A program made the position numbers and the translations under genes. This document shows, in pieces, positions 14,351 through 27,203 of a DNA stretch of 64,000 nt. This DNA comes from Eledone cirrhosa (Eukaryota). The stretch spans positions 197,780,001 through 197,844,000 of the forward strand of contig OZ024743.1 in NCBI GenBank assembly GCA_964016885.1, in the 5' to 3' direction. The number at the start of each line of letters is the position of its first letter. Position 1 is the stretch's first letter. The notes under the pieces are model-generated. The model saw only the letters and a list, made by a program, of their open reading frames with translations, did not search any database and was not told where the DNA came from.

Positions 14351-15216
14351 GATACACATATACCAATATTGCAAACACTAAAATCTTCTAAGGTTGTTCG
14401 CAGGACAGATTTCTTGAATTTTGTTCTTGGCTGCCTTCGTTTATATCGAATAAAAACCAGGGATCAGTCTCCTTGGTCATAAATTCCTGAGACTTTCGGG
14501 AGTCTTGTTTAGAGTTACAGACCAAAGTGTAATCCTATTGTCCTTTCCAAAAAGAAAAAAAAGAAAAGAGTTCTTTAAAAAGGTTAATAAGTTACGCGCC
14601 ATTCAACTATTAGTCCAGACTGTTGCCACTATTTGATAATAATTGCCAAAAGTAAAGTAAACCCTCCATCTTAATAAAATTTCACATCCTTATTAACTTT
14701 CGTTTTTACACACACATCAACTTCCCTGTTCACATCTATATTAACTTAGTTTTCCACAACCGTTATTAACTTTGTTTTTCTTACGGGGAAATCTAAATGA
14801 TTCTTAATGAACGCTAATTTGTGTAAGTAATTAATGCTCTAACTATCTTGTTCATTGTCAGTGGGAATATATTTTAATGCTTTTATCATTTGGGAGAAAT
14901 ATTAACTCAACGAAAAACAGTTTCAATCTCACTTTGCAGCCGGATTTGACTGATGAGTCGAAAGAAAAAAGAAAAGGAAAAAAAAAAAGAAACAAAACAA
15001 GACAAAACAAAAAAACAAGCAAAACAAATCAAAAATAAAAAGAAAACACAATAAAACAATAGAAACCTTTTCATTTGATAAAATGGGGTGTATTACTCTT
15101 GCAGTTAAGATAAATAAATTAGTTGATTTACGCCCTTACTGTAATGTTACCACCTACATCCAAGCAATGAAACGTCTTAACCAATGAGAGGAGATATGGT
15201 AACGATTCTCACTTAC

Positions 15217-15383
15217 CTCTTTTGTATAATGGACGGAGTGTGTTTGTACTTCAACTAAAATCTACCATCGGTGTTATGGCAGCGATGCTGGTGAACGTCG
15301 TCACTGATATCTCCTGGCCACTTATCAAAGACTTCCACACAGGCTGACAAGCGGATGTAGCAGAAGATAATGTATCTTAGTCT
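15217..15383 (-). other. Candidate exon (possibly non-coding or UTR)
   Basis: Unique, higher-GC segment bounded by tttctttatgatag| and AG|GTAAGT. No frame is open across its whole length. Confidence 0.25.
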
Positions 15384-16536
15384 CTATCATAAAGAAACAT
15401 TATAAATATTATGTATTTAGAAAGGATAGTTTCGTCATCGAGAGTGACAAATAATATTAACGATTCGGCACGAGAAGACAGGGTAGCTATTCGTGTCAAG
15501 ATGTAGATCATGATTACTTCAATTAATTGTCTGATATACTGGTTATTCTTTATAAAACAATCGCAAGCATTAAAGTTTGAAAAAGCAACGGGCTTCAAAA
15601 AGTAGACAGGCAAGAATAAATATAGAAAAGAAAAAGAAAAAAAATGAATTTAAAAAAAAGGGAAAATTTATAACGGAAACTAGTCAAGATTTCATCCAAT
15701 ATGACATATGGAAGTGGGATAAAAAGAAGGGGATAAACAGAGTATCGAGAAAAATAAAGCAGGCTGCACTTCTTTATGTTATTTCATAAATTATTTTAAT
15801 GTCTGAAAATGCACATCTGGAAGTTATAATTCAAAATTCAACTTTCTTCTGTTGACTGATATGTCTTCAGTGTCTGGCATTGTACACACTAATAAAAGAC
15901 AAAATGAAGACACTGTTGCACGCCTGTGCCTCTGAAGTCTGTGGGAAATGGGGTCCGATGCGATGTAAGAAGGTGTATGACATAAAACCCCCCATCCTAT
16001 ATTTTTTCTTTTTTTCCAGAGTCAATCTCAGTAAGTATCAGTATGTACGAAATAAAATGAAGGTCAAGGTTATACAGGAAATGAACTGAATAAATAGACA
16101 TCAGCAAGTCTTTATCTCTGATCTTAAGAACTTGTAGGTTCAAGACAGGTTTACGTTTATATTTCTTTAGTCTATTAATGTTTTGGCACTGAGGCTGAGG
16201 CGTATACGTTAAAATTATCCCAAATAAAATTCTATAATACGGTGTGGAAGACTAAACATTTTGGTTTCAAACCGACTCTGATTCAACGGTACAAAGCAGT
16301 TTATTTTAAAGTGTTTATATTTTTCTAAAACCAATCCATCATCATTTTATATACGAAATTATTTAAATTGTGCTTCAAGCACAAGGTAAAAAATGGCAAA
16401 GATACAGTTATAATTAGATTCAACGAAATTCTTGATTATTTTCAAAATGATTTGAAAATTATAGATAATTGGTTGATCAAATAATCCGCCAACAGGATAT
16501 AATAAACAGGGGATGTACATTTAAAACCATCTTTCT

Positions 16537-16650
<114 letters not shown>

Positions 16651-16662
16651 CTTTCTAATATA

Positions 16663-16730
<68 letters not shown>

Positions 16731-17206
16731 TAGATAAAAAATTCTAACGGAAGAAAAATCATCACACAAAAAGCAGGACATAAGCTAAAAGTCTCTGATA
16801 AAGATGATATTTGCGGCCGAAATTTTGTCCCACGATGTATCAATCAAGCTTTATTAAGAAAAACATCTTTTCTGTTTTAATATAATCTAAATTTGCTTGC
16901 CGGGACCCATTTCGCTCAGCATCGAACAGCGTGGATGTGTTAAACACAGCTCTTCTTGCTAAATAAACACTTCACAATTTTGCAGCTGTTTGAGTTGTGG
17001 TATCTCTTTACAGCCAGGCGAACTGAGTGGTTGTAATGAAGTGTTTTAACTATGGACACAACGGTAGCAGAATCCGAATACTATTGGGGCCTTATCTACT
17101 TGGCCATCTGCTACATCAACAAATAACTTATATAAAACTGAGACATCATGCAGAAAATATTGATAACAAAATATAAAACTGTTTGATATTGTATGACATA
17201 AGTGTA

Positions 17207-17308
<102 letters not shown>

Positions 17309-18809
17309 CGTAATTAAATACGCTTTTTTTCATAGAATTCTGTGTAGCAATGGTTATATAGAAGTTGTATTGTATATAAATACATATAGCGGTTGTGTCG
17401 ATACAAGCTGGGAACAGCTACAAAGAAGCATATAAACCTTTTAAACTTTCTACTGAAATCGTTCGTATGTTTATCCGTAATCCCCGGAGAAGATTAAGTG
17501 AACTAATAGACTATTATATTTGTGTTGTTAGGTACCCTTCCAAAAAACAATCTGTTTCCCTTTTCATAATAATCCTAAATAGTATGAATAGGAGATTGAA
17601 TGGTGGACACAGTGTTAGAAAGCGGAAGTACGATGTACTTAATAATAAATACACTCAACTTCAAAAAATTACATTCCCATACAGCTATAATGTATAATAG
17701 AATTCCTTGGTTTCAAATTACTCACTCCTGCTGGGTTTGGCGGTTTAGTTAAATCTAAATACAAGACAGTTTAAAAATTTACGGTTGATTATTTATATCA
17801 TAAGCATATCTAGTTAAGTAAATTTTATAACTTAATCTTTAGAAGTTTTCCTGAATTATAAATTTAGTTTTCAAACTATTTACTGTTACACTTTCTTTTC
17901 TCTCACTTTTATCTTCATTTACAAACCTAGTCTACTTTTTTTGCTTATGTTAAAACATGTTAGAACATTATTGATTAGATGAGGTTGTTTAGAATCCTGA
18001 GGGAAAACCAAGCCTGGATGGAGTTGATATGTTAAAAGAGCCGCATTGCTGACACACAAGTGTAAAATAGAGACTGTTGATTTTGGCATAATAAGAAATA
18101 GAGTTGTTTCATTCATATTCAGGAAACTTGAGATTATCAATGGAAATAACTAAAAAAAATCATGATTTTCATAACTTTCCAAAAGCCATTAACAAAAAGA
18201 GTAGTGTGAAAACCAGTGTTTTTGTTCCCGAGTCGTCAGGAGCATATATTATTTCCGTGGTGCTTACTCTTCTGCTGTATTTGCTACACCAATTATTGTT
18301 CTTTACTCTTTTATTTTATCTATTCTTGCTGAGGCCATGTTCCAGCATTGCCATCCATTAAATCGAAGCCTTTGAAAATAACAAATAATAATATTAATAA
18401 TAAAAAATAAATGGATGTTGATTTATTTTTCTCAGGGGTATTAATTATACAAATGTAAAAAGATATAACACGAATCGGGAAACAAGATCGAGAAATGTAT
18501 CCCTCACCTGTGAAACTCCACAATATTTTCCATAAATATAGTGAGCTACCAAAGGAGCTGCTACGCAGACGGATGTCCAGCTTGCTAGAAATAGTAGCCA
18601 AATCTCTTTCACATTTTACCGTAGCGTATTAATTATGGATCTTATTAGCCAAAGCTGAAATTGAACTATAAAATAAAAGTAACCGCGACATTGATGTATT
18701 CATCGGTACAGAGATCGTGAGAGCATCGTGTCAATATACGGCCTGTCTTCAGCTTTGACCACCGCCGACTCTTTTCGAGAAAAAAAAAGAATGAGAAAAG
18801 AAAAAGTAG

Positions 18810-18908
<99 letters not shown>

Positions 18909-19009
18909 AGATAGATAGATAGCGATAGAGATAGGTAGATAGATATATTTCTTTCTTTATTATTAAAGAATTATATCTATCTACCTATCTCTAGTAGATA
19001 GATAGATAA

Positions 19010-19146
<137 letters not shown>

Positions 19147-19616
19147 CTACCCCAGTACTAGACTGGTACTTTATTTACTGACTTGACTTCGAAAGGATGA
19201 AAAGCAAAATTGAATGTCGTGAGATTTGATCTCAGAGCACAGAAAGCCGGAACGAGTACCGTAAAATATTATACCCAATGTTCTAACTTCTCTGATAATT
19301 CGTGACATGAATTCTTAATATTAGCATAAATCATTGGACAATATAGGAGTTTCATACATTTTTGAAGTGATCTATGTAACAACTTAGTGCCCCGTCTAAG
19401 TGGGCGTCTTTTGCTCGCAGTCACTTAACGTTACATAAACTGGGGTACGCACCGTTTTAACTATGTGACAAGAATTGACATCAAAATCTATCAGCCAGTC
19501 TCGATCCATAAAATCTATGGCGAAAGATACTCTAGCCGTGACCATCCCAACTTTGTAAGCATTGTGTATCTAAGAATACATTATTCATTATATAATTTCA
19601 TCATTTTATATATAAC

Positions 19617-20250
19617 GGGCGGTGGATTGGCAGTATCGGTAGAGAGTCGGACGCCATACTTTCCAGCATATAGTTACGTCCCTTTACGGACTGAGTTCAA
19701 ATCCCGCCGAGGTTAACGTTGCCTTTCATCCTTGCGGGGTCGATAAAATAAAGTACCTGTAATGTACTGGGTAATTGCTGGCCTTGTGCCAAAAGTAGAA
19801 ACAATTATTTTATATATAACGGCGGTATCGGTAGAGCTTCGGGCAACATGCTTTGTGACATAGTTATGTTCTGAGATCAAAATTCGCTGAGCTTAGCTTT
19901 AATCGTAACTGAGCTAGGGATAAACAACGGGGTCAATAAAATAAAGCACCAGTCACGCACTGGGATTGATTTAATCGACGTTCCTAAAAAATTGCTGGCC
20001 TTGAGCCTAAATCAGAAACTATTATTGTTTGTTTGGTCAGTGGACAGTGGATAAGCAGAGTAGATAGAACTTGGACAAATGTTTTCTGGGGTATTTTTAC
20101 AGTTCTTTACGTTCTAAATTCAAAATTCAAAATATCACCGAAGTCAATTTTGTCTTTCAGAACCAGTTAAATACCAACGTCAATTTAATTGACTTTACAC
20201 CCGCTACCACCCAAATTACTGACCTAAGGTCTAAATCAGAAATCATTAAA
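19617..20250 (+). mobile_element. Three tandem SINE copies
   Basis: ggcggtggattggcagtatcggtagag head, gagttcaaatccc box, Meta-like core and (att)n tail. The first copy is bracketed by attttatatataacgg duplicates. Confidence 0.85.
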
Positions 20251-21275
20251 CGTGATAGAAAAAATATTTCTTTTTATATTGTATGGCCTTATTTCAGAGA
20301 TATTTAGGTACTATTTCTTGCAGGTAGATTGACCACGAAGATGGTGTATTGTTGGCTCATTGCCGTAGTTGAGTAAGAGAGAGGATAATGGAGTAAAGGT
20401 TGGATCTAGTTAAATGTATATAAGAATGAAGTAAACCAAGCAAAACAGTACAACGGTCTCTCTTTCAGGTATATACTTGTGCATAAAGTTGCACGTTCAC
20501 AGAATGTAATAAAGCTCTACCTTCACATAGTAACATCCTATAGTTAACAATAGATAAATTCATTGTTGAGCGGGTTTATATAGATAAAATTACAATTATA
20601 AACGACGCCATTTGCTAAGATCCAAGCTAGTTCCATGATTGAAAGGAAAATTATCAAGTATTTCTGAATCAGAAGACTCATTTCAGTGCAGAGTTGAATG
20701 TAGTAAGGTAATAGTTTCCACAAGAGATATACTATCAATTTGATTCGCTATTATTGTAGCTTTAGTTTAGCCTCACTGCTGTTGGATGTGGACAGAAGTC
20801 ATTATAAGAAAAGAGACAGAAAATTCACACATCAATAGTAATAGACACATATGTGCGCGCGCACACACACACATACAAATGCGTACATAGACTTACACTA
20901 GACATAAATATACGAGCATGCATACACACACACACAGACTTACACAGATATACACACATACACACATGTACGCATTATGACACTTACACGCACCTAGACA
21001 TAAATACACACACACACACAAACGCATACACTTAGAGAAGCAACTGTAAATGCGTTACAAATACTAAGTTTAGGATTATAGGACGAAATACCAAAGGAAA
21101 AAAAGTAATATAAAATAGAAATAAAAGCACAAATGACGCTATGCAACATATTCCAAAATTTTATTGTGTCCACTCTTACATATCATACACTAACGACTCC
21201 ACGCTTGTGGACCACCCACCCACAGGCACACAAACACGCATTCCGGTTCAATAAAACACACAGAAACACATACAC

Positions 21276-21390
<115 letters not shown>

Positions 21391-21425
21391 CATATATGCA
21401 TATATATATAAACATATATATATCT

Positions 21426-21479
<54 letters not shown>

Positions 21480-21498
21480 ATATATATATGTATATACG

Positions 21499-21541
<43 letters not shown>

Positions 21542-22341
21542 ATGTATATATGTATATATGCATGTATACATACACACATGCCTCATGCATAAATATACAT
21601 CCGCAAAGTTCTATAGAAGTAACTAGTATGTGTTAACACATCTCATAATCACGTCACTGTATACATTTCGTTGTATCGAATCCTTCTGATAACTGATGCA
21701 TGGTAATCATAAGAGAATAACCAATTGTTAGAAAACGTAAAAAAATAAACAATCACTTCCCAACCAAATAAGAAAAAAGGAAAAAACAAAATTGCATTGG
21801 AAAAAATATTCTCATAAAATGACTAATGTTCTTTTGATGTTAGCTTAACAAACTGCACTTCACCTTCCAGTAGAATGGATGACCAACAGTTGCTATGGTT
21901 TCCAAAAACAATGCTAGTTTCACAGTGGCACAATGTCCACAATGCAGCAGTACCATGCTACCATGCAATCTCCAGATCGGCGTCATTGTTCTTGCATGAC
22001 AACGTCGTTGGTGAATTGAAATGAATCGAACCAGCAATGTGTTCAACAAGCCGCAGAATCTAGTTGTTAGTGGCAGTCCATTTATTTCGTAACCTCCTCT
22101 ATCTAATCCCGCATGTCTCTGTCTTTTGTCTTTAGTTCTGCATCTATTTATCTCTCACACACCTTCACACTCAGCCACACAAACACATGCACGTATACTT
22201 TTCATTATACGATATTTCTCTTCTCTGCATGTCTGTATGTGTGTGTGTATATATGTATGTATGTATGTATGAATGTATGTATGTATTTGTGTCTGGCTGT
22301 ATGTTGACATCAAATCTCGCTCTTTCTTTCTCTTTCGCTCT

Positions 22342-22395
<54 letters not shown>

Positions 22396-23339
22396 CTCTC
22401 TCTCTGTCCTCCTCTTTTATTTGTTTCCTTCCTTTTCGTTTCATTCATTTTCTCGTCTCAAATGTAGAAAGACCGAAAAGACAATAATACAGTGTTAACA
22501 TGGCGTCATTTTGATGTGTTTAACAAAGGCTTCGACTTCCTGCGTCTTTCTTTTACTGTGCATGTCTTAATCACATTGTATTTGACATCAGATATTTTAT
22601 CGGCCATTCCAGCCGATGCTTCGATTATCATAATTGCAAGAAATGCAACTCACAGAATTTACCACGAACCTTTGTTTTATTGTGTAAATAAAACAAAGCG
22701 AAAATAGAAACAACAACAAAAAATGCAGAGACAAAGAGACTGATGACTGATGAAAGAAGCGAGTGATTCAAAAGTTAACAAATCTCATAGAACGGACGAG
22801 AGAATAGAAAAGAAATGTTATCTTATTTTTAATTTCAATTTGTCTGTCATAGTAGCAGTATCAGATCTTTCTAACGATGTTAAAAATGAATCTGGTGTTA
22901 CCGTGGTGTGACAGTAGTGTAATGTAAGCAACTATTAGTTCGTTAGATTTTTCAATGAAACTCATCAGCTACTCTTCCCCCTTCCTACCTAATTTACTAT
23001 ATTTACTTTACATCATGCATTTTGAAAACAATAACGATGTTAGTTATAGGTTTCCAAGGGGCTAATAATTGGTTCACTGCACTTCCAATGGCGAGAATAA
23101 CAAGAGAGTGTATGTGGAATTCAGGGCTGTGTGTGTGGAAGAGGAGAAAATGAAGCATTAAATACTACAAGTTCTACAAGTTGTTTTTTACGTAATGGCT
23201 TTTCACCGATTTGTATAAATTTTCACTGATTTGTATAGTTTCCCTCGGTAAAAAAACAAACAGACATGCAAGCACATGTATACACACACATACACATGGC
23301 TGACTGAATACAAACGTGTTTTTTCAAAACAAATAAATT

Positions 23340-23530
23340 GTTCCCATTTCATACTCTTCCCACTCTCAATCTTTCTATTTTATCTTTTATTTCTCATTCT
23401 ATCTTCTTATGAAGGACTCGTGTCCGGAAGGTTAAGATTCTTTTTCTACTGTATCAACCGTTAAAATAATATATGTCTACATTGTACTGTGTCAGTTACT
23501 TTGTTGTTTATGTTTACGTTTTGCATATAT
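23340..23530 (+). mobile_element. Family B pLTR fragment with degenerate hammerhead (23402-23437)
   Basis: TCTT CTtATGA A GGAC TCGT GTCC GgAA gGTT AAGA. Stems are retained and the core is mutated. Confidence 0.65.
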
Positions 23531-23536
23531 GATATA

Positions 23537-23580
<44 letters not shown>

Positions 23581-23650
23581 ATCAAGGTTTAGCAAATAAG
23601 AAAAAGTTTCAAAATAAATTTAAAAAAATTAACTTTACTTATTATGGTTA

Positions 23651-23732
23651 CCTTTACCGATTCAGTTTCGATTCTCAAAAATAAACGGAGTCCATACGGC
23701 CTTCGTTGCAAAGAAAGAATCTCGTCAGAAGG
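23651..23732 (-). ncRNA. Type I hammerhead ribozyme motif, family C copy 1
   Basis: CCUU CUGACGA GAUUCU...AGAAUC GAAA CUG AAU CGG U A^ AAGG. Confidence 0.8.
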
Positions 23733-24132
23733 ATCTTTTCATTCGAAGAATATAAATTCTCGAATTCAAATTACGAACTGGCGCTATTCAAAATTGTTCC
23801 CGAGATGAGAGTAAATGAAGTGGAATCAATTTTTTCAAGGGCCGAGTGTAAAGATAGAAGCAGAGGCAGGGAGGTCAGTCGGCTACCGCTATAACTAGCA
23901 GCAGTCAGAACGACCAAATTTTTTCTCAACATAGAGGAGATTAGTAATAATAGAATATGTGTTCCTACACGCACAAGGCGCTAAGGGACACATGTATTGT
24001 CTAACCATATGCCAATGTGGTTCAATGGCAGGTTAATAAATTAACGAGCCAGAACATATATAATCAAAGTTTAGCAAATAAGAAAAAGTTTCAAAATAAA
24101 TTTAAAAAAATTAACTTTACTTACTATGGTTA

Positions 24133-24211
24133 CCTTTACCGATTCGGTTTCGATTCTCAAAAATAAACGGAGTCCATACGGCCTTCGTTGCAAAGAAATC
24201 TCGGCAGAAGG
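24133..24211 (-). ncRNA. Hammerhead motif, family C copy 2 (A6C core)
   Basis: CCUU CUGCCGA GAUUU...GAAUC GAAA CCG AAU CGG U A^ AAGG. Confidence 0.65.
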
Positions 24212-24527
24212 ATCTTTTCATTCGAAGAATATAAATTCTCGAATTCAAATTATGAACTGGCGCTATTCAAAATTGTTCCCGAGATGTGAGTAAATGAAGT
24301 GGAATCAATTATTACAATACTCCTCTATGTTGAGAAAAAATTTGGTCGTTCTGACTGCTGCTAGTTATAGCGGTAGCCGACTGACCTCCCTGCCTCTGCC
24401 TCTATCTTTACACTCGGCCCTTGAAAAAATTGATTCCACTTCATTTACTCTCATCTCGGGAAAAAATTTTGAATAGCGCCAGTTCGTAATTTGAATTCGA
24501 GAATTTATATTCTTCGAATGAAAAGAT

Positions 24528-24608
24528 CCTTCTGACGAGATTCTTTATTTGCAACGAAGGCCGTATGGACTCCGTTTATTTTCGAGAATCGAAACCGAAT
24601 CGGTAAAG
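24528..24608 (+). ncRNA. Type I hammerhead ribozyme motif, family C copy 3
   Basis: CUU CUGACGA(24532-24538) GAUUCU...AGAAUC GAAA(24591-24594) CCG AAU CGG UA^ AAG. Predicted cut after 24605. Confidence 0.8.
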
Positions 24609-24831
24609 AAAACCATAATAAGTAAAGTAAATTTTTTTAAATTTATTTTGAAACTTTTTCTTATTTGCTAAACCTTGATTATATAGGTTCTGGCTCGTTA
24701 ATTTATTAACCTGCCATTGAACCACATTGGCATATGGTTGGACAATACATGTGTCCCTTAACGCCTTGTGCGTGTAGGAACACATATTCTATTCTCTTTT
24801 ACCTGTTTCAGCCATCCGGCTGAGGCCATGC

Positions 24832-24912
<81 letters not shown>

Positions 24913-24926
24913 GATATATATATATG

Positions 24927-24973
<47 letters not shown>

Positions 24974-24991
24974 CATATATATATATATATA

Positions 24992-25248
24992 TATACTTGG
25001 GGAGGGTCATATTGTTATAATATTGCAGAAATAGTAACAGAACACACTCACTGTTTGTTGATCAAGGTTGATTGCCAGATAAATTAACTATGGAGATATA
25101 AAAGATACAGAAGCGAAAGTCAACCCAGAGCAAAAAGTGAGTGTGTTCTGTTATTATTTCTGGCAATATTACAACAATATGACTGTCCCCAAGTATAACA
25201 ATATTAGTTTCGACACACGATTTCATATAAAAAACCTTGCAAAACAAA

Positions 25249-25252
<4 letters not shown>
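24992..25252 (+). mobile_element. Family K asymmetric fold-back element
   Basis: Arms 24992-25052 / 25136-25197 plus a ~55-bp tail. (TA)n on both sides. Confidence 0.75.
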
Positions 25253-25285
<33 letters not shown>

Positions 25286-25340
25286 ATAATAATAAATTTG
25301 AAGACTAAAATCCAAAGAGGGCTCGATAAGTATTAATCTG

Positions 25341-25382
<42 letters not shown>

Positions 25383-25650
25383 GTATATATATGTTTCTCC
25401 AAATTGAAGGATGAGTATTTTAAACTTTACTTTATTCTGAGTTAAGGCTCTATTGATTTTTCCCTGGATTTCACCAAATTCTGTGGATGAATCTATATCC
25501 TGATTCTTTTTGAATTGAGTTTGAATTATTTTCCCACATCTTACGTTAACTATTTTTCCATTTTGACGCTATAGTCACTTATATATTATGGAATACTGTT
25601 GGCTTCTTGCTACAATAATCTCTATACTTTTCATTTATATATATATATAT

Positions 25651-26141
25651 ATAAGTTAAAACAATGAAATAAAAATTCAAGTCATTAGGAAAATACTTCA
25701 CTGCTTTACGATCGTTTCTAGGTGATAATAATACATCGTGCGCATATTTCGTTATCGATCTATGTAATGTTAATTACAAAATATCAGATAAGAAGAATAT
25801 TTACCTACTTGTATATCATCAGCTGTTGTCAAAAGCTGATGATATACAAGTAGGTAAATATTCTCCTTATCTGATTTTTGTAATTAACCTTACATAGATC
25901 GATAACGAAATATGCGTACGATATATTATTATCACCTAGAAACGATCGTAAAGCAGTGAAGTATTTTCCTAATGACTTGAATTTTTATTTCATTGTTTTA
26001 ACTTATATCATGACTCTGTTTTCCTTTTGATAATTTTTTTTGTTTTCCGTGATTTATTTTAACCTACAACATTATCAACATGTGGATTACATTGAGTTCT
26101 TCATGCAGACTAGACCCCATAACTAACTGTGGATAATTCTG
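25651..26141 (+). mobile_element. Family D asymmetric fold-back element with hammerhead-like boxes
   Basis: ~175-bp arms 25651-25824 / 25834-26008, 9-nt spacer and ~130-bp tail. CTGATGA at 25836 and GAAACGATCGTA at 25939. (TA)n flanks. Confidence 0.75.
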
Positions 26142-26340
26142 TATATATATATATATAGTTAGAGAAGCAAAAAATTGCTTATTGTGATCCAGTTTTTGGT
26201 TAAGAAAGCTAGTTTCATGGATGGTTTCAACGTACGGTTAGGGGTAACTCCACAAGTTTGTAAGAATTCCATTCAATCTTGGAGTATAAAGTATAAAAGA
26301 GAAAACACAGGTAAGCATTAAGAGAAGGACTTTATCCAGG

Positions 26341-26442
26341 TATTTACGACCGTTTCATTGGTAAGTGCAACCTTATATTGCTATACTGCAAATAGCAGCC
26401 ACTCAATTATAATTGTTGTTCACTGTCCAAATTTTCAAAATA
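26341..26442 (-). ncRNA. Hammerhead ribozyme motif with U3:A8 core variant in the PLE 3' region
   Basis: UAUU UUGAAAA U UUGG...(65 nt)...CCAA U GAAA CG GU CG U A^ AAUA. Confidence 0.65.
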
Positions 26443-26856
26443 GTGAGTAAGTTACTCTTGAAATAATTCTTAATATATAGAGAAAAACATTTATTTGGAA
26501 TTGTATTTACTAGTATAGAGAGAGAGAGAGAGGAATCAGGAGGTGAGGGGACAGACGGCATAGTATAGAGAGAGAGGAAGGGGGAAGAGGTAGGAAATAG
26601 AATGACAAACTGAGGTGGAGGTAGGGGTAGAGGTGGAAGGATTCTTTGGTCAGTTTTGATAGCAGACATCATGTCGTGGAGTGTAGTGAGTTAAAGAGAA
26701 TTAAATAGATAATAGTGGGAGGGATGGATAGAGAGGGAGATAGAGAGAGGGGGGAGATATAAAGAGATAAATATATATATATATATATATACACACATAC
26801 ATACACATACATATATATACATACACATACACACATACATATATATACACACACAT

Positions 26857-26913
<57 letters not shown>

Positions 26914-27203
26914 CATACACACACACACACACATATACACATATACACACACACATATATATATATATAAAAAAAAATAAAAATAAAGATAATAATGACA
27001 AAAATAAAAGCAAAGAAGGGGGTGAGAAGGAAGAAAAGAAAAGATAGCCAAGAAGGGGGAAGGAAGGAAGAAAACGAAGAAATAGAAGAGGAATGGGGGA
27101 GAAGGGGAGGATATATGTATTGGTTTTGTGGCTAATTAAAGGGTCTAGATATAAGAGGGTATAAAGTCTAAGTATATGCAGTTTGTCAGTTGGTAGTAAG
27201 AGG

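Larger units (their letters stand above)
23575..24793. mobile_element. Family C: ~482-bp non-coding unit as a minus-strand partial tandem (23575-24308) plus an inverted full copy (24309-24793); retrozyme-like or non-autonomous PLE
   Basis: Three highly similar copies, each with a hammerhead motif. Located in a (TA)n context. Confidence 0.85.

Noticed and set aside
14950-14963. CTGATGAgtcGAAA hammerhead-like boxes
   Set aside because: Only 3 nt lie between the boxes, so stem II cannot form, and there is no stem I or III.
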